Shown in pieces: positions 47,685 to 57,403 of a DNA stretch of 64,000 bases. Positions within the stretch are counted from its first letter, which is position 1; each line of letters begins with the position of its first letter. A program made the position numbers and the translations under genes. The notes beneath the pieces were generated by a model, which did no database searches, was not told where the DNA came from, and worked only from the letters and a program-made list of their open reading frames with translations. Source of the DNA: an uncultured Alphaproteobacteria bacterium (GTDB lineage Bacteria > Pseudomonadota > Alphaproteobacteria > Rhizobiales > CAWCWK01); assembly GCA_963842125.1 (NCBI GenBank), contig CAWJFE010000005.1, forward strand, positions 1,921,356 through 1,985,355. Reading direction: 5' to 3'.

Positions 47685-49775
47685 ATGACACGGCTCGCCC
47701 CGACAAAGCGCCCCTCGGCGCAACGCTCCTCAAAGACATCCAACACGAAGCCTGCCGATGTCAGCGGATGGCGCTGGCCCGCCTTCTCGATCTCGAAGCG
47801 CGTCGGCAGCCTCGTCGTCCTCGCCGTCGTCGGACAGTTGGGCATCCTCGGGCTCTATCTCGTTGGAGAGACGCGTGTCGAAACCGCTAATCTTCGCGCG
47901 GAAACGCTCAATACGATGCGAGATCTGATGACCGATGTCGGCGAGGCGGTCGGATCGCTGCGGGAGATACAGCTCGTTGGCGTAAAAGAGATGCCAGACG
48001 AGGCCGTGATCGAGATCCTCGATTCGCTCGACGCACTCATGCAGGATCGTCTCACGACGATCGATGCCTATTCCGCCGCCTGGCCAGGAGGCCTGTTGGA
48101 TTTCCAGGCCGGCCCCCTGGTCGCCGGCGTGACCGACTATACTATGGATCTCCGCATCCTCGTGTCGATTACTAACAAGATCGGGCTTAGCGAAAACGAG
48201 GGCGCACGTGGCAGGCTGCGAGCAGCGGTACATGCCGTCGAGGAACTGCTGACGAAGGCGGAGAGCGAAGCGCTCGCCTTTCAGTTGGGCGGCATCCGCA
48301 CGCTGCAGCGCGATATGTTGTCGCTGCGGCGGCACGAGAAGGACTTCCTCCTTGGCAGCGACGCTGACAAATACCTACCCCGCTTCGAAGCCGCGATGGC
48401 GACGATGATAGACCATCTTTACAACGCGAACCTCGATGCGGAAGTCGACCGGACGGTCAGGGGTCAGCTGAATGCATATAACGCCGAGTTCACCGCGCTG
48501 ACGAAGACGGAGACCAGTCGCTCCAAACACCTTGCGAACCTCGATGAAGGGCGCGAGACGCTCGTTGCGCTTCTCAACGACAATCTGACGCTGTTCGACA
48601 ACCTTCAGGCCGAAGTGGCGCTGAAGCGGCAGCAGACGATGGAGGCGACCGAGACGCTGATCCTCTACGGCTCGGCCTTCTCGATCCTGGCCCTCCTCCT
48701 CGTCGGCACGTTGATCGCGAGGGGTATCACGACCCCGTTGGCCAAGATCAACGGCGCGATGGGCGACATCTCCGCCGGCAAGCTCGACACCACGATCCCG
48801 GCCGCGGACCGGCGCGACGAGATCGGGAGCATGGCGAGGGCCCTCGCGGTCTTCCGTGACAACGCCCGCGATGCGGAGCGACTTCGCAACGCGGAAGCCG
48901 CGAGACTGGCCGAGACAGCCGAAGAGCGCCGTGCCGCCACCCGCGCCGTCGCGGACGATCTCGAGCGCTCGGTCGCCGGCGTCATCGAAGCCGTCTCCCA
49001 TACGGCGAGTGCCCTGCGCGAGACCGCGCAAAGCATGAAGGCCGGCACCCGCAACGTCAGCGAGCGCGCAACGGTCGCGGCCAGCGCCGCCGATCAGACC
49101 CATAAGAATGTCGGCACCGTCGCGGCGGCGGCCGAGGAACTGAGCCGATCGATCGACGAGATCGGCGGGCGCGCAGCCCGCTCGTCCGAGGTCGTCCAGG
49201 GCGCGGTCATGCGGGCGCGGGAAGCCGATGAAGGCGTCGAGACGTTGTCGAAGGCCGGCATCAGCATCGCCGAGGTCGTCGATCTGATCTCGACCATCGC
49301 CGAACAGACCAATCTCCTGGCGCTCAACGCGACGATCGAGGCGAGCCGCGCCGGAGAGGCGGGTCGCGGCTTCACCGTCGTGGCCAACGAGGTCAAGACG
49401 CTGGCCGGTCAGACCGCCCGCGCCACGCAGGACATCAGCGACCGCATCAAGGCCATGCAGGATGCGACACGCGTCGCGACCCAGGCCATCCAGGCCATCG
49501 GTACGACCGTCGGCGAGGTCGATCAGATCACGCACGCGATCGCGGCCGCCGTCGAGGAACAGGGCGCGACCACCCGCTCGATCAGCCAGAACATGCACGA
49601 TGCGGCCGATGGAACCGAAGCCGTGAGCGAGCAGATCGGCGCCATCGACGCGTCGGCCCAGACGAACGAGGCCTCGGCCGGCGACGTGCTGACGGCCGCC
49701 GACACGCTCGGCCGGCACGCGAGCGACCTCGAAGCGCGCATGGCCGCGACCCTTGAGAGCTTGCGAGCGGCCTGA
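47685..49775 (+). CDS. Methyl-accepting chemotaxis protein
   Basis: The start is ATG 47685 after AAGGAATGG, giving 696 aa. It has two TM segments flanking an approximately 280-aa periplasmic helical domain. It also has HAMP ([19 protein letters not shown]) and the highly conserved signalling hairpin [37 protein letters not shown]. Confidence 0.9.
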   Translation: MTRLAPTKRPSAQRSSKTSNTKPADVSGWRWPAFSISKRVGSLVVLAVVGQLGILGLYLVGETRVETANLRAETLNTMRDLMTDVGEAVGSLREIQLVGVKEMPDEAVIEILDSLDALMQDRLTTIDAYSAAWPGGLLDFQAGPLVAGVTDYTMDLRILVSITNKIGLSENEGARGRLRAAVHAVEELLTKAESEALAFQLGGIRTLQRDMLSLRRHEKDFLLGSDADKYLPRFEAAMATMIDHLYNANLDAEVDRTVRGQLNAYNAEFTALTKTETSRSKHLANLDEGRETLVALLNDNLTLFDNLQAEVALKRQQTMEATETLILYGSAFSILALLLVGTLIARGITTPLAKINGAMGDISAGKLDTTIPAADRRDEIGSMARALAVFRDNARDAERLRNAEAARLAETAEERRAATRAVADDLERSVAGVIEAVSHTASALRETAQSMKAGTRNVSERATVAASAADQTHKNVGTVAAAAEELSRSIDEIGGRAARSSEVVQGAVMRAREADEGVETLSKAGISIAEVVDLISTIAEQTNLLALNATIEASRAGEAGRGFTVVANEVKTLAGQTARATQDISDRIKAMQDATRVATQAIQAIGTTVGEVDQITHAIAAAVEEQGATTRSISQNMHDAADGTEAVSEQIGAIDASAQTNEASAGDVLTAADTLGRHASDLEARMAATLESLRAA

Positions 49776-50020
49776 CGGTTTCGAAGACGACGATCCCGTC
49801 CGTCGGTCGACGTGCGAGCCGGCGGCCCGCCTCGCACCTAGCGTCGAATTCCCGTCCGGCGGGTTGCCTGTCGCAGCGAACGGCGTCATCAGTGGGGACG
49901 CGGCCTCGTAACGGGGCCGTGTCATGGGGCTGTAGCAATGCGGCCCTATAGAACGGTCACCCGGCCGCCGGCTCGAACCCGGCGCTGAGCTTTCCCCACC
50001 CCGTTTCGCACAGGCTTCCG

Positions 50021-51001
50021 ATGTCCAAGATTGCCAAGGCCGCCTTCGGCACTTCCCTCCTCGTCCTCACCGCCGCGCCAGCATTCGCGGACGGCAAGCT
50101 GACGCTCTACACGAGCCAGCCGAACGCCGACGCGCAGGCGACCGTCGATGCCTTCACCGCCGCCCATCCCGACATCGAGGTCGATTGGATCCGCGACGGC
50201 ACGACGAGCCTGATGACGAAGCTCAACGCCGAAATAGAAGCCGGCGATCCGCAGCCCGACGTTCTCCTCATCGCCGACACCGTCACTCTGGAGCAGATGA
50301 AGCGGGACGGCCACCTCGCCATGTACCAGTCGCCCGAGGCGGCGAACTACGATGCGGCCCTTTACGATGCCGAAGGCGGCTATCACTCCACCAAGCTCAT
50401 CACGACCGGCATCGTCTACAACCAGCAGGTCGAGATGCAGCCGGCGAGCTATGCCGATCTGGCGGATCCCGAGCTCGCCAGCCTGACCATCATGCCCTCC
50501 CCGCTCTATTCGGGCGCGGCACTCATCCACATGTCGACGCTGCTGCAAAACGGCTACGATCTCTCCTATTACGAGGCTCTCAAGGCCGGCGGCGCGGTCA
50601 ACAGCACCGGCAATGGTGGCTCCTACAAGGCCGTGGCGTCGGGCGAAGAGGGCTATGGCGTGATCGTCGAGTTCCTGGCGTTGCGCGCCATGGCGGACGG
50701 TGCGCCGGTCGGCTTCGTCTTCCCCGAGGAGGGCGTCTCCTACGTTACCGAGCCGGTCGCGATCATGGCGGGTGCGGACGACATGGAGGCCGCGCAGACC
50801 TTCGTCGACTTCCTCCTCTCCGAGGAGGGCCAGCAGCTCGTCGTCAGCCAGGGCTACATCCCGGCGCGTGACGGCCTCGCCTCGCCCGAGGGTTTCCCCT
50901 CCCGCGACGCGCTCAAGCTGATGACGTTCGACCCCGCCGTCGCGCTCGACACGGCCGACGAAAACAAGGCCGCCTTCGAGCGCATCTTCGGCGCGCAGTA
51001 G
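50021..51001 (+). CDS. ABC transporter substrate-binding protein, Fe(III)/FbpA-AfuA-like family
   Basis: 326-aa ORF with signal MSKIAKAAFGTSLLVLTAAPAFA followed by GKLTLYTSQP. Partnering with a 2x6-TM fused permease and an FbpC-like ATPase supports the family. The substrate is not established. Confidence 0.65.
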   Translation: MSKIAKAAFGTSLLVLTAAPAFADGKLTLYTSQPNADAQATVDAFTAAHPDIEVDWIRDGTTSLMTKLNAEIEAGDPQPDVLLIADTVTLEQMKRDGHLAMYQSPEAANYDAALYDAEGGYHSTKLITTGIVYNQQVEMQPASYADLADPELASLTIMPSPLYSGAALIHMSTLLQNGYDLSYYEALKAGGAVNSTGNGGSYKAVASGEEGYGVIVEFLALRAMADGAPVGFVFPEEGVSYVTEPVAIMAGADDMEAAQTFVDFLLSEEGQQLVVSQGYIPARDGLASPEGFPSRDALKLMTFDPAVALDTADENKAAFERIFGAQ

Positions 51002-51043
51002 CGGATACCGGCCTCCAGGCAGCGGCGCTTGCGCCGGCGACAG

Positions 51044-51086
51044 GGGTCCGCGACGGCGCGGACCCACCCATCCTGCGGACAGGATG
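51044..51086 (+). terminator. Two tandem GC hairpins between the SBP and permease genes
   Basis: GGGTCCGCG, loop acgg, CGCGGACCC (51044-51065), followed by CATCCTG, loop cgga, CAGGATG (51069-51086). Confidence 0.45.
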
Positions 51087-51132
51087 CCGGGCGTCTTGCG
51101 CGCCGACCCGGACGCCGCATCGATGCGGACTT

Positions 51133-52893
51133 TTGCTTGTGAGCATCGTCTCCGCAGCCGAGCCACGAGCCGTACCGGCGCGGTCGCGCCCGTGGTTGGC
51201 GGGCGGGATGCCGCTCTCGCTGTTCTTCGGCCTTCTCGGCTTTCTCGTCCTCGCCATCCTCGCCCTCAGCGTCCTCCCGATGGCGACGCTGCTGACGCGC
51301 GCCTTCACCGATCTTGGGCTGGGCATCGAGTCCGCCCTCGGGCGCACGCTGACCAACCCCGCGACATGGAACGCGCTGCGCAACTCGCTCTACACCTGCG
51401 GGCTGGGCACGCTCATCGCGATCCTGCTCGGCGCCGGCTTCGGCTTCACCCTCGGGCTGACGAACGTTCGCGCCAAGGGGCTCCTCGTCTTCCTTTTCAT
51501 GCTGCCCATGATGATCCCGCCGCAGGTCACGGCCTTGGCGTGGCTGCAACTGACCGGCCCGTCAAGCGCGATCTTGCGCGCGTTCGGCGTCGCGCCCGGG
51601 CTCGGCGCCACCAATCCGCTGTACTCGGGCGAGGGCATCGCGCTTCTTCTGGGTGTTCAGCATGCGCCGATGGTTTTCCTCGCGCTGCGCGCCAGCCTTA
51701 TCGCCCTCCCCCGGGAGACGGTGGAAGCGGCCCGGCTGTCGGGTGCCGGGTCGCTGCGCGTCTGGCGCGACATCGTCCTGCCCTTGAGCGCGCCCGGTCT
51801 CATCGCCGGCGGCGCCATCGCCTTCGTCTCCGCGATCGGCAATTTCGGCATCCCGGCCTTCCTCGGCATCCGGGAGGGCTATTACGTCCTGCCGACGCTC
51901 ATCTATCAGCGCATGGCAAATTTCGGCACGCAAGTCATTGCGGACGTCGCGGCGCTCTCGGTCATCATCGCGCTCGTCGCGATCCTCGGTCTACTCGTCC
52001 AGCACCTTCTCGCGCGCCGGCGCCGGTTCAGCCTCGCCGGACTGGCGAGCGCGCCGCTGGCCTTCTCGCTCGGGCGCCGTCGGTCGCTTGTCGAGACGCT
52101 CCTCTGGGCCGTCATCCTCGTCATCCTCGTCGCGCCCCTCCTCGCACTCATCGCGGCGTCGCTGGTGCCGACCTATGGCGTGCGGCTGACGGTCGAGACG
52201 GCGAGCACGGCCGCCTACTCTGAGGTCCTGCTCCGGCAGGCCGCAACGGCCCGCGCGCTCGTCAACAGCACCCTCCTCGCGATGGCCGCTGCGATCATCC
52301 TTCTCGCCGTCGCGCTGCCGATGGCCTATCTCGTCGCGCGGTCGCGCAGCGCCTGGATCAAGTCGCTCGCGGCGCTGGCCGATCTGCCCTACGCGCTGCC
52401 GGGCGTCGTGCTGGCTGTCGCCTGCATCCTGCTCTTCCTGCGCCCCCTGCCCGTGATCGACGTCTCGCTCTACGGCACGCTCGGCATCATCCTCTTCGCC
52501 TATCTCGCCCGCTTTCTCTCGGTCAGCTTCAAGCCCTTGGAGAGCGGCATGGCGCAGATGGACCCCGCGCTCGAGGAAGCCGCGCAGAATGCCGGCGCCG
52601 GCTGGTTGCGCCGGATGCGGGACGTCATCCTGCCCATCCTAGCGCCGGCCGCAGCCGCGAGCTGCATCCTCGTCTTCCTCATCGCGGTCAACGAGTTGAC
52701 CGTCTCCGCGCTCCTCTGGTCGGGCGGCAACGAGACCATCGGCGTGATGATCTTCAATCTCGACGACGGCGGCGAGACGGCCATGGCCTCCGCCCTCTCC
52801 GTCGTCGTGGTGGGCCTCGTTCTCGCGCTGATGATGCTGCTGGAGGTGATTGCCAAACGCCTGCCGAAAGGGGTCGTGCCGTGGCACACCTGA
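51133..52893 (+). CDS. ABC transporter permease, duplicated (FbpB-like)
   Basis: 586-aa hydrophobic ORF with two EAA-type loops (ETVEAARLSGAG and ALEEAAQNAGAG). The start is uncertain: TTG 51133, GTG 51139 or ATG 51208. Confidence 0.8.
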   Translation: MLVSIVSAAEPRAVPARSRPWLAGGMPLSLFFGLLGFLVLAILALSVLPMATLLTRAFTDLGLGIESALGRTLTNPATWNALRNSLYTCGLGTLIAILLGAGFGFTLGLTNVRAKGLLVFLFMLPMMIPPQVTALAWLQLTGPSSAILRAFGVAPGLGATNPLYSGEGIALLLGVQHAPMVFLALRASLIALPRETVEAARLSGAGSLRVWRDIVLPLSAPGLIAGGAIAFVSAIGNFGIPAFLGIREGYYVLPTLIYQRMANFGTQVIADVAALSVIIALVAILGLLVQHLLARRRRFSLAGLASAPLAFSLGRRRSLVETLLWAVILVILVAPLLALIAASLVPTYGVRLTVETASTAAYSEVLLRQAATARALVNSTLLAMAAAIILLAVALPMAYLVARSRSAWIKSLAALADLPYALPGVVLAVACILLFLRPLPVIDVSLYGTLGIILFAYLARFLSVSFKPLESGMAQMDPALEEAAQNAGAGWLRRMRDVILPILAPAAAASCILVFLIAVNELTVSALLWSGGNETIGVMIFNLDDGGETAMASALSVVVVGLVLALMMLLEVIAKRLPKGVVPWHT

Positions 52894-52918
52894 GGTCTGC
52901 CGATGGAAGGCCCCACCC

Positions 52919-53989
52919 ATGAGCCGGGGCCGCATTCGGCTCGACGCCGTCTCGAAGCGCTATGATGACGGCCCGATGGTCGTGCGCGACGTGACGCTCG
53001 ATGTCGCGCCGGGCGAGTTCGTCTCACTCCTCGGACCCTCGGGCTGCGGCAAGTCGACGATCCTTCGCATGCTCGCCGGCTTCGAGACGGTAACCGAGGG
53101 CCGCATCCGCAAGGACGACGTGGTCCTCGCCGGTCCCGACATTCACGTCGCGCCGGAGAAGCGTGCCATGGGCATGGTCTTCCAGTCCTACGCCCTCTGG
53201 CCGCACATGACGGTGGCCGGCAACGTCGCCTATCCTCTCAAGGTCGCGGGCCTGCGCGGCGCCGACCTGGAGCGCCGCACGCGGGATGCGCTAGACGCCG
53301 TCGAGCTCACGCCCTTCCGCGATCGTTCGCCCAAAGACCTCTCGGGCGGCCAGCGTCAGCGCGTCGCGCTCGGGCGCTGCCTCGTCATGGAACCCGATGT
53401 CATCCTTCTCGACGAGCCGCTTGCCAATCTCGACCGTCACCTCAAGGCCGCGATGGAAGAGACCTTCCGCGCCTTCCACCGCCGCATCGGCGCGAGCATG
53501 ATCTACGTGACCCACGATCAGGCCGAGGCCATGGCCCTCTCGGACCGCATCGCAGTCCTCGACGAAGGTCGCCTCGTCCAGTGCGACACCCCGCAGGCCA
53601 TTTACGAACGCCCAGCCGAGGAGGCCGTCGCTCGCCTCATCGGCAACCGAAGCATGATTAGCGCCAGCGTTCCTATCGGCGCGGGCCCCGCGCTGGACGC
53701 GCCTGGCATCCTGGCTGCGATTGCCGAGACGGCATCGGACCGGCGAACGCACCGCCAGCTTCTCATAAGGCCGGAACACGTCCATGCCGTCGGGGATCCC
53801 GCTGCTGGCCTGCCGGTGCGGGTGACCGACTGCGTCTACCGGGGCGAGCGGTTCGTCGTCACCGGCACGTTGGCGGATGGCCAGACCCTGATGACCTATG
53901 CGGACCACCGCGCCGATCCCGGCGACACCTTGACGCTACGGCCGGAGCGGGCTTGGATCGTCGGTGCGCCGGCTGGACCGGAACACTAG
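52919..53989 (+). CDS. ABC transporter ATP-binding protein (FbpC/PotA-like)
   Basis: The start is ATG 52919, with GGAAGG 8 nt upstream, giving 356 aa. [23 protein letters not shown] and ILLDEPLANLD are present. The TAG stop lies inside the terminal CTAG of repeat copy 2. Confidence 0.9.
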   Translation: MSRGRIRLDAVSKRYDDGPMVVRDVTLDVAPGEFVSLLGPSGCGKSTILRMLAGFETVTEGRIRKDDVVLAGPDIHVAPEKRAMGMVFQSYALWPHMTVAGNVAYPLKVAGLRGADLERRTRDALDAVELTPFRDRSPKDLSGGQRQRVALGRCLVMEPDVILLDEPLANLDRHLKAAMEETFRAFHRRIGASMIYVTHDQAEAMALSDRIAVLDEGRLVQCDTPQAIYERPAEEAVARLIGNRSMISASVPIGAGPALDAPGILAAIAETASDRRTHRQLLIRPEHVHAVGDPAAGLPVRVTDCVYRGERFVVTGTLADGQTLMTYADHRADPGDTLTLRPERAWIVGAPAGPEH

Positions 53990-54093
53990 AGCCGGTCCAG
54001 CGCAGGTGCGACAGCACCGCAGCGTGAAGAACCGCGCAACAACAATGCGCTAGAGCGCGTTCGGTGAAAGGATAGGAACCGGACGCGTTCCAG
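53986..54093. repeat. 108-nt CTAG-bounded intergenic repeat, copy 2 (inverted relative to copy 1)
   Basis: The reverse complement aligns ungapped with 7819..7926 at 94/108 positions. It sits between convergent genes (ABC ATPase and fnrN). Confidence 0.8.
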
Positions 54094-54114
54094 TCGACCT
54101 TTCGCCAACCCGTG

Positions 54115-54864
54115 TCAGTAAAGGTTCGCGCGCTCCGCCAATGCCGGCATGTCGATCTTCACCACCCGCCGCGCGCCTTCGATGACGATGACGTCGTCGC
54201 GGCGCAACTTCGTGATCTGACGGCTGACGGTCTCGATCGTCAGGCCGATCACGTCCGCCATCTCGCGCCGGGTCAGCGGCAGGTCGAAACCGTCGCCCGG
54301 CACGCAACCCGCGCTGCCGCAGCGCTTGGCGATATGATGGAGGAATGTCGCGACCCGCTCCGAAGCGGTCTTGCGCCCGAGGAGGAGCATCCACTCCCGC
54401 GCGGCGTCGAGTTCGTCCAGCGTCCGCTCCAGGAGCTTCTCCGTCAGGCTCGGATATTGCGTGCGGATGCTCTCGAAGGCAATCGAGGGAAAGACGCAGA
54501 GCTCGACGTCCGTCGCCGCCTCGATCGTGTAGGGGACGGTGGCATCCGCCTGTCCCAGCGCACGTCCCATGAAGTCGGACGGGAAGAGGAGGCCGACGAT
54601 CTGCTCTCGCCCGTCGTCGAGGCCGCGCGTCAGCTTGGCGACGCCGCCCACAATATTGCCGAAGGCCGTGATCTCGTCGCCCTCGATGGCGATCACCTCG
54701 CCGGCGTCGACATGTCGGCGCTGCGAGATCGCGTTGAGGGCCGACAGTTCCTTGTCGGACAGGGCCGAGCAGAGGCTGTGATTGCGGATCGGGCATTCGA
54801 GGCAGGACATGGGACGCCGGGTGGCTGTGCGATACGCGGTTTGCGTGCGCTGCAACATGGTCAT
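54115..54864 (-). CDS. fnrN: FNR-type (FnrN/FnrL-like) oxygen-responsive Crp/Fnr regulator
   Basis: It has the N-terminal Cys cluster CLECPIRNHSLC (C-X2-C-X7-C) plus a central Cys (VELCVF), a cNMP-like domain, and an HTH with the E--SR recognition motif (IETVSRQITKL). The start is uncertain: ATG 54864, 54858 or 54810. Confidence 0.85.
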   Translation of the reverse strand: MTMLQRTQTAYRTATRRPMSCLECPIRNHSLCSALSDKELSALNAISQRRHVDAGEVIAIEGDEITAFGNIVGGVAKLTRGLDDGREQIVGLLFPSDFMGRALGQADATVPYTIEAATDVELCVFPSIAFESIRTQYPSLTEKLLERTLDELDAAREWMLLLGRKTASERVATFLHHIAKRCGSAGCVPGDGFDLPLTRREMADVIGLTIETVSRQITKLRRDDVIVIEGARRVVKIDMPALAERANLY

Positions 54865-54887
54865 GCGCTCAGACACCCCTGACCGGG

Positions 54888-54901
54888 TTGATCTCAATCA
54901 A
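54888..54901. promoter_or_regulatory. FNR/FixK box (anaerobox) upstream of fnrN
   Basis: TTGATCTCAATCAA is a perfect TTGAT-N4-ATCAA. Confidence 0.8.
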
Positions 54902-54968
54902 ATGCGACAAGCCGTCATGATAGGGAAGGAAGCCGCAGAATTATAGGCCGACGGTCATCGGCGGAGGA

Positions 54969-55142
54969 CTATGGGCCGCTCAGGGTTTCCCGACCGCCGG
55001 CCGGGCGATCGTCGTCGAGCACGCGCTGCCCCGCCCCTTCGAGGTCCTCGTACTGCCGTGTCCGCACCGACCAGAGAAACGCTGCTAGCCCACCGAGCCC
55101 CAGAAGAAGCGCGGCCGGGACGAGGAAGAGGAGGACGTTCAC
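54969..55142 (-). CDS. fixS: cbb3 oxidase maturation protein FixS/CcoS
   Basis: Absent from the track as a separate ORF. GTG 55142 overlaps the fixI stop (GTGA). The 57-aa product VNVLLFLVPAALLLGLGGLAAFLWSVRTRQYEDLEGAGQRVLDDD... matches the CcoS pattern (one TM helix, then SGQYDDLDG..RIL.DD). Confidence 0.8.
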   Translation of the reverse strand: MNVLLFLVPAALLLGLGGLAAFLWSVRTRQYEDLEGAGQRVLDDDRPAGGRETLSGP

Positions 55143-57403
55143 GCTGCGCGATCCACCACGAGACGCGGGCGAGTGACCGCGCCGTGGCTCACCGAGGGGG
55201 CCGTTCGCGCATAACGCGCCCAGCGAAGCCGCAGCGCGTTGGCCGTCACGAGGATCGACGAGCCCGACATGGCAAGCGCCGCGACGAGGGGCGTCACCTG
55301 GCCCGTCATTGCCAGCGGGACCGCGATCAGATTGTACGCGATGGCCAGGCCGACGTTCTGGCGGACATGCCGCATCGCGCGCCTCGCCACGAGAAGCGTG
55401 CGCGGCACGGCGCGAAGGTCTTCCCGCAGGAACACCACATCCGCGGCCGCACGTCCGATATCGACCGCCGAGGCCGGCGCTATCGCGACATCGGCCGCGC
55501 GAAGGGCCGGACCGTCGTTGAGGCCGTCGCCGACGAAGAGGACGCGCCGCCCGGCCGTCTTGAGCGCCTCGATCCGCGAGACCTTGTCGGCCGGCGTGCA
55601 GCCGCTTCGCCATGTGGAGAGACCGACCCGTGCCGCTAGCGCTGCCACCGAGGCTTCCCGATCACCGCTCAACATCTCGCAGGTCAGACCGGCAAACCCC
55701 AGAGCCCTCAGTGCCTCCGCCGCACCTTCGCGAGGCGTATCGGTGAACGAAACACGTGCGGTGACCCCATCTACGGCGAGAAAGACGGAGGGCAGCGCAG
55801 CGCCGTCGTCCAACTCATCCGTCGCCCCGGACCAATCCGCGCTACCGAGGCGCACGGCTCGCCCCTCATGGATACCCTCGAGACCGCGCCCGGCTTCCTC
55901 GCGGATCTCCGTCATCGTCGCCGATTGCAACCCGCGACGCCTCGCCTCGCGTACCAGGGCGCGGGACATGGGATGCGTGCTCGCCGCAGCGAGGCCGACG
56001 GCGAGCGCAAGCGTATTGTCGGGGGTGGTACCGGCCAGACGCATGTCGCCCGATGTCAGCGTTCCCGTCTTGTCGAAGACGGCGGCGTCTACACCAGCCA
56101 GCGTTTCGAGTGCCGCCGCGTCCTTCACCATCACCCCCTCGCGAAAGAGCATATCGGACGCGACGACCTGGACCACGGGGACGGCGAGGCCGAGCGCGCA
56201 AGGGCAGGTGATGATGAGCGTCGCGACCGCCGCCATCATCGCCGGGTGCCAGCCATGGCCGAGTGCCAGCCAGCCGAGGAAGGTCGCGAGGGCAAGCCCG
56301 TGAACGACCGGGGCGTAGAGCCGCGCGATCCGGTCGGCCAGGCGCTCGTAGCCCGCCCGTCCCGTTTCGGCGCGCTCCATCATCGCGATCATGCGGGCGA
56401 GGAAGCTGTCCTGCGCCGCCGCCGTGACGCGAACGGCGAGCGGGCCGCCGGCGTTGACCATGCCGGAGAGAACGGGGTCGTTCTCGCACACCGTCACCGG
56501 TGCCGCTTCGCCCGTCGCGACGGAGGCATCCACGGCTCCCATTCCCTCCAGCGCGACTCCGTCGAGCGGCACATGCTCGCCGGCCGCGAGAAGGATGATC
56601 TCGCCAACGCGAATGCTTTCGATCGGACGGTAGGTGAGCGTCCCGTCCGGCTCTCGTACGGTGACGGCGCGGGCCATGCGGGCGAGGAGCTGGCTGGCCG
56701 CTGTGCGCGCGCGCGCTCGCATCTGGTGGTCCAGCACGCGCCCGAGGAGGAGGAAGAACAGGAGGGAGACGGCGGCGTCGAAGTAGGCGTGCTCGTTACC
56801 GAGCCATGTCTCGCCCAGGCTCACCCCGGCCGCGAGGACGACCGCGAGCGCGATCGGCACGTCCATGTTGACCCGGCCCGAGCGCAGCGCGCCCCAGGCC
56901 GAGCGAAAGAAGGGGCGCCCGCCATAGAGGATGGCCGGCAGAGCGATCAGCGCCGAGAGCCAATGAAAGAGATCGCGCGTCGCCCCGTCCGCACCAGACC
57001 AGACGGAGACCGAGAGGAGCATCACGTTGGCCGCCGCGAAGCCCGTGACGGCGAGCGCCCGCACCAGTTCGCGGCCCCGCGCGTCATCGGCCTCGTCGAG
57101 CGCGGCGGCATCGACGGGCGTGGGGTGATAGCCGAGCGCGGCGACGGCTTCGAGAATATCAGCCGGGTCCCGCTCGCCCTCCCACTCGGCGCTGAGGCGG
57201 CGGGTCGTGAGGTTGACGCGGGCCTTCGAGAGGCCCGGCAAAGCGCCGACGGCGCCCTCCACCGCCGCGATGCAGGCTGCGCAGCGCACGTCCGGTACCA
57301 GCAGGTCGAGATGGAAACGGCCGGGCGCGTGCTCGACGACCCAATAGCCGAGATCGCGCAGGTCGGGCCGGTGCGGATCGGCGGAGGTGCCGCAGCAGGT
57401 CAT
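55139..57403 (-). CDS. fixI: Copper-translocating P-type ATPase FixI/CcoI
   Basis: The start is ATG 57403, overlapping the fixH stop (ATGA), giving 754 aa. It has an N-terminal metal-binding CAAC, and CPC, DKTGTLT and GDGLNDGPAL motifs. Confidence 0.9.
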   Translation of the reverse strand: MTCCGTSADPHRPDLRDLGYWVVEHAPGRFHLDLLVPDVRCAACIAAVEGAVGALPGLSKARVNLTTRRLSAEWEGERDPADILEAVAALGYHPTPVDAAALDEADDARGRELVRALAVTGFAAANVMLLSVSVWSGADGATRDLFHWLSALIALPAILYGGRPFFRSAWGALRSGRVNMDVPIALAVVLAAGVSLGETWLGNEHAYFDAAVSLLFFLLLGRVLDHQMRARARTAASQLLARMARAVTVREPDGTLTYRPIESIRVGEIILLAAGEHVPLDGVALEGMGAVDASVATGEAAPVTVCENDPVLSGMVNAGGPLAVRVTAAAQDSFLARMIAMMERAETGRAGYERLADRIARLYAPVVHGLALATFLGWLALGHGWHPAMMAAVATLIITCPCALGLAVPVVQVVASDMLFREGVMVKDAAALETLAGVDAAVFDKTGTLTSGDMRLAGTTPDNTLALAVGLAAASTHPMSRALVREARRRGLQSATMTEIREEAGRGLEGIHEGRAVRLGSADWSGATDELDDGAALPSVFLAVDGVTARVSFTDTPREGAAEALRALGFAGLTCEMLSGDREASVAALAARVGLSTWRSGCTPADKVSRIEALKTAGRRVLFVGDGLNDGPALRAADVAIAPASAVDIGRAAADVVFLREDLRAVPRTLLVARRAMRHVRQNVGLAIAYNLIAVPLAMTGQVTPLVAALAMSGSSILVTANALRLRWARYARTAPSVSHGAVTRPRLVVDRAA

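Noticed and set aside
49776-50020. A riboswitch or other structured leader upstream of the Fe-type ABC operon, and a terminator after the MCP gene (GTGCGAG...CTCGCAC, 49812..49837).
   Set aside because: I could recognise no conserved riboswitch core (TPP, cobalamin, etc.). The hairpin has a 12-nt loop and no U-tract, so the support is too weak.
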